Shown here: positions 1 to 13,350 of the stretch, piece after piece | How the letters are laid out: the number at the start of each line of letters is the position of its first letter | Position numbering within the stretch: position 1 is the first letter of the stretch | Assembly: GCA_951406725.2 (NCBI GenBank) | Contig: OX597818.1 | Location: forward strand, 86,738,001-86,802,000 | Reading direction: 5' to 3' | Origin: Octopus vulgaris | Lineage: Eukaryota | DNA: 64,000 nt | Notes under the pieces: model-generated | Databases searched by the model: none | Told to the model about the DNA's origin: nothing | What the model saw: only the letters and a program-made list of their open reading frames with translations | Made by a program: the position numbers and the translations under genes

Positions 1-396
1 GGCAAATTTATTAACGTCTCTAAGGTGACATAAGGTACGAAGTGGCACCAGCACTACATAGGTTTTTAAATTGCTCATAAGCCTCCCACATTATTTATAG
101 TTTACACTTCTACTGTTTTTGAAATCAGCACATGTTTTTAACGGTTTTTCTTGTAAGTTGAAGAGACAAATTGAGATTAACCCTAGGCGCAGTAAGTACC
201 ACTGACGAGAATTAAGATGCCCTGCATCAACATTTGAAATCACGTGACAAGGCTATATCTGCGACTGTAGGGAGTTTTGTCACCCTTGTCAACTTACTAA
301 GATAGTGCATTTGTGACTAATGAGTCGCTTTGACTATTATTTCTAGCAATGCTGGCACCACTTTGTACCTTCTGTTACTTTAGTGATCTCTACCTA

Positions 397-428
<32 letters not shown>

Positions 429-1142
429 CACACACGACAGCCATCTTTCTGTTTCCGTCTGCCAAATTCACTCGCAAAGCTTTGGTCGCCCCGAGGCTAT
501 GGAGACACTTGCTCAGGGTTCCATGGTGTGAGACTGAACCCAGAACCATATATGGTTTGGAAGCAAGTGAGTATGCTTGAGAAAGAGAGAATGGGGAGGG
601 AATGTGTGTGCATGAGTGAGAGTGGGGAGAGGGAGAGAGAAAATCAATACGATTGGTGATACCTCTCAGCTGCAGGAATCTGATGTAAATCCCAATATGC
701 CGGAAACCAACCTTAAGCTCATCGCCACTGGTTGTTTTTCTCTGCGGATGTTCTCTGTTTAGATTCGCCGACAAGCTTTGAGAGCAGCGTTTGCGAAGTA
801 CGAGAGCATGTCCATCAGGAGTGGCATATACGTTGTAATTCTGGAGCCTACTGCATTCCCAAGATTCCAAAGTGTAGCCGCAAAGCATTCAGTTGTTGTG
901 TGTTACCTTGGGAAGGACCGCTAGAAAGCCTTGCTCAATGAAAGGCTGTGTGCTGACAGTGAAATGTCAAAGACTTGTCAACATCTCAGTTCCTACACAG
1001 ACTGATACTAGCTAGCAGAAGTCAGATGTAAGCCAGCGGTTTGTAAACGTTACTGCATTATAGGCTGCCAATCACCTTACAAACACACACACACGCATAC
1101 CAGCACACTTAACTCCCACTCGCACAAACACACACACACATA

Positions 1143-1216
<74 letters not shown>

Positions 1217-1480
1217 CATGCAAACACACTTCTGTCACTCACAGATACACATACATTAATGGTGGTCATATCAAAAATTATTCCCATCACTATGGCTTCC
1301 CATAGGAAATCAAAAAGTAGTCTGAATTCTAAGGAATAGAAAGAAATTTGCTTCTGACAGACTTGAAGTCATTTAATTCAATATTCTGTCCATATACCTG
1401 TCATAATTATTTATATGAATGTTGGGTTAGATCCAAAACTTGAAGTAGAAATAAAGTCGGTTTGTGTTTCTCTACTAGAT

Positions 1481-1559
<79 letters not shown>

Positions 1560-2139
1560 TAATCTTTTCTTTAAAAGCCTAGTGCTTAATCTATCGGAGT
1601 ATTTTTCCGGACCGCTATATTACGGGGATTCATACACATCAGCACCGGTTGTCAAGCGGTGAAGGGGTACACACACACACACACACACGCACAGACACAT
1701 ACTCATGCTTGTGTGTGTGTGTATATAAATGAGTAACAAAGATATTCACCTACCTTGGAATCTGCACCTCGGAAATATTTGGAAAGTATCTTTATTTTAT
1801 ATAAGGATACTTTCCAAATACTGAACAAACAACAGCGGATTTATTCACTAAGTTTAAGAGTGCCATCTGCATACACTGCATGTATCTCAGGTAGAAAAAA
1901 TTCTATGTAGAGTTTGATACTCACCCAATATAGTTTGAGTATGCAAATAAGTTCGTCCGAACAAGGTGTCTCAATTTAAGTACCTTATTCAACTGAATCT
2001 AAATTACATTATATATATACACGATGGTCTTCGGTTTCCGTCGGCCAAATCCACTCATAAGGCTTTGGTCGGCCTGAGGCTATAGTAGAAGACACTTGCT
2101 CAGGGTTCCACGTTAGGAGACTCACTGTACGGCTAGGCC

Positions 2140-2179
<40 letters not shown>

Positions 2180-2551
2180 CTTGAATTTATTTGAAGGACA
2201 TTCAGATTAGGTGACATTGCAGTTGTAAAGTAATAAAATGTGGCACGTGTCACAAAATGGATTATGAAAAATTGAGCAAAAAATTTACAAACAGGCATTG
2301 AAAACAAAAGGTGAAGTAAAAGAAGTCTGGTTTGGAGGACAACCGTAAAGAGCCAATCATGGAAGTCCACAGACGGAAGATTACTATGAATTTCTAACTA
2401 AGAGTAAGTACTCCGAGTAATATATAATTGAATCAATAACTGTTATTCGCCTGCGACAAAAAGAATGCGCAATATAAATAGATAGACTGTTCGCTTTTTA
2501 TGTTTCTGCGTATAAACCTCTGTGTGTGTGTGTGTGTGTATGTGTGTGTGT

Positions 2552-2786
2552 GTGTGTACATGCGCGTGTGTGTGTACATGCGCATGTGTGTGTACATGCG
2601 CGTGTGTGTGTACATGCGCGTGTGTGTGTACATGCGCGTGTGTGTGTACATGCGCGTGTGTGTGTACATGCGCGTGTGTGTGTACATGCGCGTGTGTGTG
2701 TACATGCGCGTGTGTGTGTACATGCGCGTGTGTGTGTACATGCGCGTGTGTGTGTACATGCGCGTGTGTGTGTACATGCGCGTGTG
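2552..2786. repeat. 18-bp minisatellite (tgtgtgtgtacatgcgcg)n, about 13 copies
   Basis: Directly visible tandem array. Confidence 0.95.
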
Positions 2787-2872
2787 CGTATCGATAGGTT
2801 GGTAGATAGACAAATAGATCGATAGGTGAACTGATCACTAGATACAGATAGATAGATAGATAGATAGATAGA

Positions 2873-4123
2873 TAAGTTTCTTTATTGGCCACACAGGGCT
2901 GCACACAGATGGGACAAGTTACAAGGTAGAGCTTTTCTTTTGGGGGATGAAAAAAAGGGGTGGCGTAGGTTTTCGATCAAGAGGGATCGTAAAAGGGAAG
3001 AAAAGAACAAAAAAAAGAAAAAAAGAAAAAAATAGAATAAAAAATAAAAAGAATAAAAGAAAAAAAAGAAAGGGAAAGGAACAAAAGAAAAGAGAAATGA
3101 AAAAAGAAGAAAAAGGGGAAAAAAGGGAAAGAGGAAAAAAAAAAGGAACGATCAATAGGGATCGTGTATCACAGTGTTATGATATATGGTGTAAAGGGGA
3201 AAGCAAGTAAGGTTTATCCGTGGGAAGAAAAGCCTACGAAAAAGACCACGGTAACCTTGGTCAATATTGTTATATGTTACCACATTTGTTTGCAAGTGGG
3301 TAACCCTCTGTTTTCAATTTCTGGGTTCATAGGATTATGCTCAAGGTGGCTTCGTCATTCATACGTGCCATTCTTGCTACATTCACCCATCTTTTTTTAA
3401 AACATTCGCTAAACAAAACTTGCCTCTCTACTCTCACTTTCCTTTTCAAGTGGTACTTGAAGAAGTTGATGAAAGATTGACCAGAGAGGAAAGTGTTTGT
3501 CTCCAATCCTTTCAAACGCGTCCACCAGATACATTCTTTCGCCATAGCCACAAGGATGATGAAAATAGCTCTTCCTTCCCGTTTGAAGGAAGGAGGCGTG
3601 ACAATATTGACGATAGACTCAGCTGATAAGCCTACTCGTCCCACACGTGACAGCAGTTTTTCGACACAAGCCCACAGGTCGGAAATTGTTGGACACTGCA
3701 CGAGTGCGTGCAGAACGGTTTCGTCGCTCTGACCGCATCTCGGGCAGGTCGGCCCCGTGTTTCTCGAGCCGTGTCTGTAGAGCTTATCCCGAACGGGTAG
3801 CGCTTCTCGGTAACACTGCCAGGCCAGGGATCTCTGGAAGTTGTCCATGAGCCCTGGCCCGAAAGTCGTCCTGAACAGGCGGGTCAGGTACTCCTCGTCG
3901 ACGTCCAGGTTCGCCCCGAGCTCGTCGTCGTACCTCCCCTCCACTAATCCCCTATAGAATGCTTTGGTTGCGTTGAAGTCACTCAAGGTCGACCCAGGAC
4001 GGCAGAGTTGCTTGAGAGCAACGCGACACTCGCGGTGCCATTCGCCCCGCGAGTGTCGCGTTGCTCTCAAGCAACTCTGCCGTCCTGGGTCGACCTTGAG
4101 TGACTTCAACGCAACCAAAGCAT

Positions 4124-4124
<1 letters not shown>
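2873..4124 (-). mobile_element. 5'-truncated Tx1/L1-clade LINE (ORF2 C-terminus plus 3'UTR) in a (GATA)n array, with a fold-back 5' end
   Basis: Minus-strand 3' end reads ...ggccAATAAAgaaactta(tcta)n. A T-rich 3'UTR is present, the ORF carries a zf-RVT motif, and both ends abut (GATA)n. Confidence 0.85.
3327..4035 (-). pseudogene. LINE ORF2 C-terminal fragment with zf-RVT zinc finger
   Basis: AWQCYREALPVRDKL...CPRCGQSDETVLHALVQC matches the W...LP / CxxC-ET-xxH-xxxC pattern of L1/Tx1 ORF2. The N-terminal ~28 aa of the track ORF come from the inverted duplication. Confidence 0.85.
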
Positions 4125-4211
<87 letters not shown>

Positions 4212-4214
<3 letters not shown>

Positions 4215-4952
4215 CTTTCTTTATTAGCCACAGAGGGCTCGACACAGAGGAGACAATACGATGTAGCGTTTTTCTTTTCAAGGGGAAGAAAAAAATGAAT
4301 GGGGCAACGATCAAAAGGGATCGAAAAGTCGAAATAGTGCAAAGAACAGAGGTCTATCCGTGGAAAGAAAAACCTACGAAAAGACCACGGTAACTTCGGA
4401 CAATGGAATACAAATGTTCATTAGAGTAAAGTATTCTCTTTCTCTTTCTCTTTGATTCATAGGATTATGATCAAGGTGACTCCATCATTCACACGTGCCA
4501 TCCTTGCTACATTCACCCATCTTTTCGTGAAACATTCACTAGACAAAACTTCCCTCTCTACTCTACCTTCTTTTACAAATGATACTTGAAAAAGTTGATG
4601 AGTGATTGACCAGAGAGGAAAGTGTTTGTTTTTAGGCTTTTCAATCGCGTCCACCATAACATTCTTTCGCTATAGCCACAAGTACAATGAAAACAGCTCT
4701 TCCATTCCGTTTGAAGAAAGGTGGCGAGGTAACATTAACGATACACTCGGTTGATAAACGAACTCATCCTACAAGCGACAACAGTTGTTCGAAATAAGCC
4801 CACAGGTCGGAAATGGTCGGACACTGCACGATGGAGTGCAGAACGGTTTAGTCGCTCTGACTGCATCTCGGGCAAATCGGCCCGGTGTTTCTAGAGCCAT
4901 GTTTGTAGAGCTTATCTCGAACGGGTAGTGCTTTTCGATAGCACTGCCAGGC

Positions 4953-4953
<1 letters not shown>
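4212..4953 (-). mobile_element. Second, more decayed 5'-truncated copy of the same Tx1-like LINE
   Basis: Colinear with 2873-3830 (e.g. RWVNVARMARVND, ttcataggattatg, same AATAAA end). Flanked by (GATA)n on both sides. Confidence 0.85.
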
Positions 4954-5032
<79 letters not shown>

Positions 5033-5437
5033 CCGACCGACAGACAGACAGACAGATGTGAGTGCACGTATTGCACGTATCTTGATTTGTACGCTTGACT
5101 TGAATGTTTCGTTTCTATATTTTCATGTTATTTTTTTTGTTCCAAGTGTAAATCTGCAGGTTTGTTCCTTTATCTCTAGATACATGAATATGCTGAGTGT
5201 CCATATATGTAAACGTACGTATAAGTGTTTGTTTGGGTGTGGTCGTTTGATATCACGCGTCTCTGTTGTGACATGGAACATCTGTTGCTGCGGTTGACCT
5301 TACGCAGCTGTTACTATGAATAATCATTTTTAGGTTGTGACATTCAATACTTCACTGCTATTATTGTTGTTGTTGTTGTCCTAATCATTCCAATTCTAGA
5401 TTACTAACCTCGTGTGTCGATGACAAACAATCTACCT

Positions 5438-6054
5438 CAATAGTTCTCTACCAAGGTCCATGTGCCTCCTGGGTGGTACACATATGATTTTTTCGGAGTC
5501 CGCATAAGCAAAATAGTAAACTGAGTCCTCAGTATTATTTCAAGGGCCCATTTTATCTTTAGATACATTTATTGCAAGAAACAGCTTAGGTTTCTTATTT
5601 CTTTATTGCCCACAACGTAGCGGCAGACGAAATACCTATTTCTTTACTACCCACAAGGGGCTAAGCACAGAGGGGGCTAACAAGGACAGACAAATGGATT
5701 AAGTCGATTACATCGACCCCAGTGCGTAACTGGTACTTAATTTATCAACCCTGAAAGGATGAAAGGCAACGTCGACCTCGGCGGAATTTGAACTCAGAAC
5801 GTAACGGCAGACAAAACACTGATAAGCATTTCACTCGGCGCGCCAACGTTTCTGCCAGCTCGCCGCCTTTAACAGGTTTCTTAATCTAACGTTTTACAAA
5901 GTTCAACCCACACAAGTTAATATGTAAAGGACAATACTAATTTAGAAAGGAGTATAAGTAAACTTAGTTTATAAACATCAAATGGGTATGGGGTCCACCA
6001 GAATAAAATAGTAATTGAAGGGATCAATAGATAAACAATGGTTGCGAACCGCTG
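5438..6054. mobile_element. hAT-type MITE interrupted by a SINE
   Basis: Degenerate ends caatagttctctacc / ggttgcgaaccgctg. 8-bp TSD atctacct / atctacgt. Homologous to 6946-7298. Confidence 0.7.
5594..5870 (-). mobile_element. tRNA-derived SINE, family B (Nin/Deu-like domain)
   Basis: Reverse complement of the ggcggcgagctggcagaaacgtt...gagttcaaattcc head plus gcctttcatcctttc.gggt.gataaattaagtaccag. Confidence 0.8.
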
Positions 6055-6736
6055 ATCTACGTGATCCATTGACCTTCAAGAATTAATAACCAAAACTCGC
6101 TCAAACCATACCCTATCGTCTTAGAAATTCCTACGAATTGAATAAAGTGATCGAGAGTGTCCTATTTCTCAAGAAAATAAAAATGTAGTATTCTTGGTTT
6201 GAGTACCACTAATCACATTTAGGATAAATCTGAGTAAGTTGGAGCTAAAAAAAAATAACAGCAACAACATGACCAAATATAGGTTTCTCAAACAAGTGGA
6301 AGGGAGAGTGGGAGTGAGGTATCCTCCAATTAGAGAGGCATTACCTGACTACTTAGGCTGCGCTAAATGTATCCTTGTGTACTAAATGGTGCTAAACCGA
6401 GTGAAGAGTTAAATTTGAAATCCAGGTAGGCTATGGTGAGATTTTAACTCGGAACGCAAAGAGCCAGAACAATTAGCACAAAGCACCCGACTCGAAATTC
6501 TTATAATTCTGCCAGTCTAACATTCTGGATTGGTATATTTCTGACGACCCTGAAAGCATGAGAGATTAGTTTGATCACGGCAGTATTTGAACACAACGCA
6601 AACAACCGAAACTAACACTATAAAGCAAACAACCGGAACAAATACTATAAAGCCGCTAAACATTTTGTCCGGCGTGTTGACAACTCTGATAACGCGCCGC
6701 CTTTGTTTAGTCCGTAGTAATCTCTGCTGTGACCAA

Positions 6737-6945
6737 GGCGGTGAGCTAGCAGAATCGTTAGCACGCCGGACAAAATGTTTAGTGGCATTTCTTTCGGTTG
6801 TTTACGGTCTGAGTTCAAATGCTGTTCATGTCAGCTTTGGCTTTCTTCGTTTTGGAGTCGATAAAATAAAGTACCAGTCAAGTACTGGTGTCGATGTAAT
6901 CGACTAGCCTTCTCTCCCAAAATGTCAGTCTTTGTGCCTATGGAA
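6737..6945 (+). mobile_element. SINE family B copy
   Basis: ggcggtgagctagcagaatcgttagc head, B-box-like gagttcaaatgc, gtcgataaaataaagtaccag. Confidence 0.75.
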
Positions 6946-7298
6946 CAGTGGTTCTCAACTGGGGTCCATGTGGACCCTGAGAGTCGATATAAGATAGGAT
7001 GGAAGGTCTAAACAGCAAAATAGTAAATTGGGGATACAAATAGTAATGTAAGGGCTCCTGAACAAATTTTGCTTCAGATGTATGTATTGATATGTATTGC
7101 AAGAAATAGCTAGGTTTCTTTCTCTAACGTCTTACATAGCTCAACCTGTACAAGTTAATGTGTGAAAAACAAAATAAGGAATTTTTGAAAGAAGTTTCCA
7201 TAAAACTAATTTTTAGGCATTGAATGGCTATGGGAATCCACCAAAATTAATTAGTTATAAAAAGGAGTCCACATATAAAAAATGGTTGAGAACTCCTG
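6946..7298. mobile_element. hAT (Charlie/MER5-like) MITE
   Basis: TIRs cagtggttctcaac / gttgagaactcctg. 8-bp TSD ctatggaa / ctatagaa. Inserted in a SINE tail. Confidence 0.8.
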
Positions 7299-7970
7299 CT
7301 ATAGAAGAAAGCAAAAAAAATGTAATCTCTATTGCGTTCAAATATGTTCCATCTATGAACATCTTATTTTTCTTTTCAGGCAGTTTTACTACATTAATCA
7401 GAATGTTATCAACTCAGCAAGCTAATAGTCACGGGAGACTATTTCAGACGCCATATTTTAATGCTAAAGTCCTAAGGCTTTCACTAATGAGATTATTTGA
7501 TGAAATCACTGTAAGACAGGTGCTAAAATTTATGTTGGAGGTATTTTCCTTGCGATTTTAGGATTCTGTCCTAGATGTGTTTTGATCAGAACTAATGCGA
7601 TAAAATGCTTTGTTTAAGCAACCTCTTCGCACAGGGTACCGACCTAGAAACCAGCGAGGCACCATATACACACTCAATCGACACGTTATAAATAGCAACT
7701 AGATTTCTCCTAAATCGTACTTTGACATTTTAAAGTGAAGGACGTAAAGAATGGTGTAGTATACCGAGTGAAATAAAGAAAAAGATGGGATTCCAGGTTT
7801 GGAGCGTCTTTGGTAATTGGTCTGAAGAATCAAAGATTATCTTCTGCTAAACAAAGTTGGTGAGCTGGCAGAATTTATAGTATTCGTTCCGGCTCTTCAC
7901 ATTCTGAGTTCTTATCTTGCCGAAGTCTACCCCGCCTTTCATTTCCCCCACCCGTAGTAGAAAAAATAAA

Positions 7971-8231
7971 ACAAAATAATAAATGCGCCCTTTTAAAGCC
8001 TAGCCAGGCTCATGGGCCCGGTTTCCAGGTTTCTATGGCGTATGTGTTCCCCAGCTGGACGGGACGCCAGTCTATCGCAGCGTTACTCATTTTTGCCAGC
8101 TGAGTGGACTGGAGCAACGTGAAATGAAGTGTTTTGCTCAAGAACACAACGCGTCGCCCGGTCCAGGAATCGAAACCACAATCTTACGATCATGGTGCTG
8201 ACACCCTAACCACTAAGCCAGGCGCCTCCAC
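7971..8231 (-). mobile_element. tRNA-derived CORE-like SINE, family C, nested in a family B SINE
   Basis: Minus strand reads gtggaggcgcctggcttagtggttagg (A box)...gtttcgattcc (B box)...gttcttgagcaaaacactt. TSD approximately agaaaaaataaa. Confidence 0.85.
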
Positions 8232-9393
8232 AGAAAAAAATAAAGTACCAGTCAAATATTAGAGTCGATGATATCAACCACGCCCACCCTATTTCAAAAT
8301 TGCTGGCTTTGTGCCTAAAGTAGAACCCATGACTATCATTGACTAAGAAGGCAGTTGTATATGCAACAGGCTACCACAAAGTTTCTGCTCACCATACTCG
8401 CTCAAAAGGCATTAACAGACACTTTTCCCAAGATGCTGCGCAGTGGGATTGGCCCCAAAATCATCTGGCTATGATAAGAACTTTTGAACCATACAGCTAT
8501 GCTTGTGCATATATCTAAAAAAAAAATAGCGGTTTATATGTTATTTAGGAAACAAAAAATCACAGCTGCTCTTGTTTGTATGGAAATTTATCAATGCAGA
8601 TATAACTTTGTCAGTAAATACATAACAGGCTTTAAAAATAACAATATTGGTAAGTGCAAGCTCTTACATATGGGAATATAATAACCGTTCATTTTTTAAA
8701 TATATAACACGTTTAATGTTCAAAGCTGAAAAATTCACTGAGTTAAACATGGCGGAGAATAAACACACGCTCATTTTTTTTTTTTTTTACAAGTTTATTC
8801 TGATTAAAACGCTTTTAATGGTTTTGACAAGCTGAAAAGAGAGTTCCATGGTGAGAAATAAAAGGTTTTGCTGATTCCTCTGTTACACTTGGTTCCTGTC
8901 GTAACTGGAAGAAAAGGGAAGGAGAGCGAAGCGAAACAATTCTCTTCTGGTTAACGGCTTCGTAACACACGAACGGCTTCGATCTATGGTTAAGTGAGTG
9001 TTTGTAAAGTGGACATACAGAAAAACTAAATAGCAAATCGACTCTTTCTTGCATAGTATCGTTTCCCTATAATAGTCCATTGTTTGGCTTTGTTCGTTTC
9101 TATCACTTCCAGCGAAATTTTCACTGCTATTGCTGCAGTAGAGAGGAATATTCAATACAGAACATAAATGGTTCGAATTCGTGTAGTGACAAAAGTCTGT
9201 TGACAAACAATTTACAATAAAAATAAGATAACAGTTTTAGCTAAAAAGCCTTACACAAATGTCACCATCGCCGCCATACTTTGCAAATTGACTGATATAA
9301 TACTACTGTTAATTCCAAGTCAACGAATAGATATGCTGGTCAATCACCATACACACACACACACACTGTCTATATATCTATCTCTCTCTCTCT

Positions 9394-9455
<62 letters not shown>

Positions 9456-9658
9456 AGGACACCCGTACTCAATTGGTACATGTTTTACCGATCCCGAAAA
9501 GATGAACGGCAAAGTCGACCTCTGTAGAATTTGAACTCAGAATGTAAAGACGGACGAAATACCGCTAAGCATTTCGCTCGGCGTCCTCTCGATTCTGCCA
9601 GCTCGCAGTCTTATTTTTATCTTCTAATATAATAATGAGCATAATGTTTTTATATATT

Positions 9659-9726
<68 letters not shown>

Positions 9727-9875
9727 AATCTGAAGAATCTACTAGAGTAGATGCAAGCGCTACTACATGACATGTGACATATCAATAAAAATCTGTAAAT
9801 CTACAACCATCCACGTCTCTGAGTACATTATTTTTTCTAATATATAATAACTGTACATCACCTCCAAACCTTCTA

Positions 9876-9932
<57 letters not shown>

Positions 9933-10257
9933 CAGAATCACGCCGGAGGAGGAGAGAAACTAGTAATTCCGTGAACGAAAAGTAGTGAGAGTAATAGCTC
10001 TGACTGAGAGGGGGTGAGAGAAAGTAATAGCAGTGAGAGAGAGAAAGGGATGATAGATGAATAAGGTAGGAATGGGTGAAAAACAATCATCGTTTCAACT
10101 CTGTGTGAGTATATGTGTGTATGTGTGTGCGTGTACAAGGGAAGTATGTGAATGTTAGTATGTGTTATTATTATGCACCTTCTTTTGTCACTTATTTATA
10201 TATAAAATTCTACAATTAACCGTTTTAATTGACAGCACATGGTTAGCTATTGTTATA

Positions 10258-10517
10258 GAATAAAATAGATGCGCCCTTTTAAAGCCTAGCCAGGCTCATG
10301 GGCCCGGTTTCCTGGTTTCAATGGCGTATGTGTTCCCCAGCTGGATAGGACGCCAGTCCATCGCAGCGTTACTCATTTTTGCCAGCTGAGTGGACTGGAG
10401 CAATGTGAAATGAAGTGTTTTGCTCAAGAACACAACGCGTCGCCCGGTCCAGGAATCGAAACCACAATCTTACGATCATGATGCTGACTCCCTAACCACT
10501 AACCCACGCGCCTCCAC
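10258..10517 (-). mobile_element. SINE family C, full length
   Basis: Near-identical to 7971-8231. TSD tagctattgttata / tagctagtgttata. Confidence 0.85.
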
Positions 10518-10549
10518 TAGCTAGTGTTATAATAATAATAATGATGATG

Positions 10550-10612
<63 letters not shown>

Positions 10613-10839
10613 GTAATAATAATAATAAAGATTTCACGTTAAACTAAAGGATTGCTCAAAACTTTTGGTAGAGTAAAAATTTATTATTTACATTATTTAC
10701 ATTTGACGGATATTTGTCCTCGTCTTTGTTGTTATTATTCTCTAACATTTGAGCTTATCTTGGTTTTACATAATCTCTGTTACGTTAAAATTTTCTATGG
10801 TAAGTGTGTGTGTGTGTGTGCGTGATTGTGTGTGTGTGT

Positions 10840-10888
<49 letters not shown>

Positions 10889-11222
10889 AGCGTGTGTGTG
10901 TGTGTGTGCGTGTGTGTGTGTGTGTGTGTCGCGCTTTTCATTCGATTCATCTGAAACTCTGACCTAGTCAAGTTCAAAACAGTAGCAGTTCAAAACACTG
11001 GCCAACAGCGATTTCGTATATTCTATGGAGGAAGTTAACAGCCTGCACTGCTATCGCTTTAACCTTGACCACGAAAAAAGCAGCAAGGCTGATACAGACT
11101 TGTGGGCTTAGTTCATAAGCTAGCTTTAACGACTTGAAGAAACATGGACATGTTCGAGTAACCGTTCACAAAATTCCAAGACAGAAGTCCATTCCTGTAA
11201 TGATTATGTAAGAGAACAGAAA

Positions 11223-11594
11223 TCTCTCTATATATAAACGGCAAAATGTCTGTCTGTGTGTGTGTGTATCCTTTATACAAATCTACAATTTTTCAGTTAG
11301 AGGGCTCGCACTTTCTATGGTCATTCAAAACCGTCCAAGAGTGGTCGTGTACATCTTTACATTTCCCTAGTCACCCCGCAAAGTCATTAAAAAAATCAAT
11401 AGAAGTGACTTTTTGTGAATTTTCTATCCAAAACCCAACCAAAATGCCCGAAACTTGATACACCAATTGAATGCCAGCTAGCTGTATGTGATTGGTTGGA
11501 GATTTTGACAGTACTTGCGTGTATGTGCGCAAGCACGCAGCTGTATATGCATGCACTAGCACTATGACCCGGCGTTGCCGGGTGATAGTGCTAG
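11223..11594 (+). mobile_element. Non-autonomous Helitron
   Basis: A|TC 5' end followed by tatatataa, subterminal GC hairpin acccggc-gtt-gccgggt, and CTAG|T 3' end. Confidence 0.75.
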
Positions 11595-11990
11595 TGAATT
11601 ATAAAATGGATTAGAGTTTTCTCCAGTACATTAGAAAGTTCCTCTTTTCCTTCGAAATGAATATACGAGAAGTGCGTTGCAAGACTCGTTGAATTATACA
11701 GTCTGTCCGTTACTGTATTGTAGAGGAAGTTAAACAAGCATTATTTTAAGTCATTATTCCATGTGTTTTAGCTCCGTTTCTTTCTTATCGTATCGAATAA
11801 TGTCGCAGCTGTGTATATTCTCGCTTACTGTTCACAATTTGTCGATTTCTTTTGTGATAGCATGCTTCGAGTTAAAGGAATTAGGATGCGTTAGAGCTAA
11901 CAGATATATATGTCATAAATGTGTGGTGTGTATGTGTATATGCTTGCGAGTGTATGTGTGTGCGTCACAGAGAAAGCGAGAGAGATGGAG

Positions 11991-12025
<35 letters not shown>

Positions 12026-12252
12026 GAGAAAAAGACTCATATGGCGATGTAACAAAATCGATTATGATTTTGATAATTCGCCAAATGAATTTGTAGTAAA
12101 ATCACTAATTTGTACTTTGTTTTCAAATTAATTAAAAATTAATTGCTATTGCTCCGCCTCCTATGATGAGTCATTCAGAATTGTTATTTTCAGAGATCCT
12201 ATGCATATATATATATATATATATATACACGCATGCATACATACATACATAT

Positions 12253-12342
12253 ATAACTCAAAGAAATTCCAGCTTTGATTTTTCACGTTTTATTTACAAT
12301 CTTATAATATAATATAATATGATATAATATAATATAATATAA

Positions 12343-12345
<3 letters not shown>
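12253..12345 (-). mobile_element. Tiny 3'-end fragment of the PLE family at 44.7-46.8 kb
   Basis: Reverse complement attataagattgtaaataaaacgtgaaaaatc...tggaatttcttt matches 46761-46811. Sits in (TA)n. Confidence 0.75.
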
Positions 12346-12380
<35 letters not shown>

Positions 12381-13350
12381 GAGTGTGTGCATATGTGTAT
12401 CTATGTATGTATGTATTATGTATGTATATGCACACATGTACAAATGCGCACGCATGTTTGTATATACATGCGTATATACGTATAGTTATTTGTTATTATT
12501 CAATTAGCACGTTTCTGGATTTATACTAGGCTAAGATGTACTCACTTGAGTGCATACAGTTGTTATTGCCCATGAATAAATCCATCTTCTATCAATATAT
12601 TTTCCACATTGGACACTTTACACTTTCACGGTTTTGTATGGTCGTATTTATTGGAACGTTGATTCATAATCGCCCGTATTTGTTCCTATGTTAATTTGAG
12701 TCGATTACGTACTAATCCCGGATGACCCACTGCTATATTCATCGGCTATAAACGAGATTCACCTGATAACCTACTTGGAAAACTGGTTTTAGCAAGAGGA
12801 CTATGGACTGTTAGGCTGTAAATGTCCTGTTTTCATTGCTATGGCATGTCCGATATTTTTTCATATATATTTTTGTTGAATAGAACAATGCATTATTTGC
12901 TACAGAGCTTTTATGGTAGTATGAAACTACAGACTCTGTATTATAGCGCTAATATAGAACCATACTTTTCTTTAATGTGTATATGCATACGAATATGCAT
13001 AACTGTAACGTTTATTTCGCGACTCCAATTTCATGCCCTTGCAATTTTCAGGCAAGAACTGTTACAACTCGGTTTTCGGTATTTATATATATGCGATGGT
13101 ATGGTTGAATGTCACGTTTGTGTTTGTTCATTGGTTTGTATTTCGCGTTTGTTTGTTAGATCTTATTTTGTATCCTGTTTATTGTTTGTTTTTGTGTCGT
13201 CGAATTTACTTTATGGTGTTTTTTTTTAATCAGGGGAGCATATTTTTTACATATTGATTAGTTTCAGACTTATCTGTTAATCTAGTTCAGGCTGTTCTTT
13301 TCTCAAGTTTATTTTGGAGTGGTTTTTGTCAAGTTTTTCATTGTATAATA

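Noticed and set aside
406-941. ORFs and a possible acceptor (ttctctgtttag) in unique-looking sequence
   Set aside because: No recognisable domain, and the ORFs run into a SINE and microsatellite.
2947-3210. Lys-rich ORF
   Set aside because: It is the antisense of the T-rich LINE 3'UTR.
7380-7510. Possible plus-strand exon (ttttcag|...|gtaaga, one open frame)
   Set aside because: Weak donor context and no recognisable peptide; plausible by chance.
10683-10740. ~55-bp sequence repeated at 30131-30192
   Set aside because: A dispersed repeat fragment too short to classify from this window.
12501-12596. HHR-like motif on the minus strand (9-bp stem II plus GAAA)
   Set aside because: Core and stem I are too degenerate to call.
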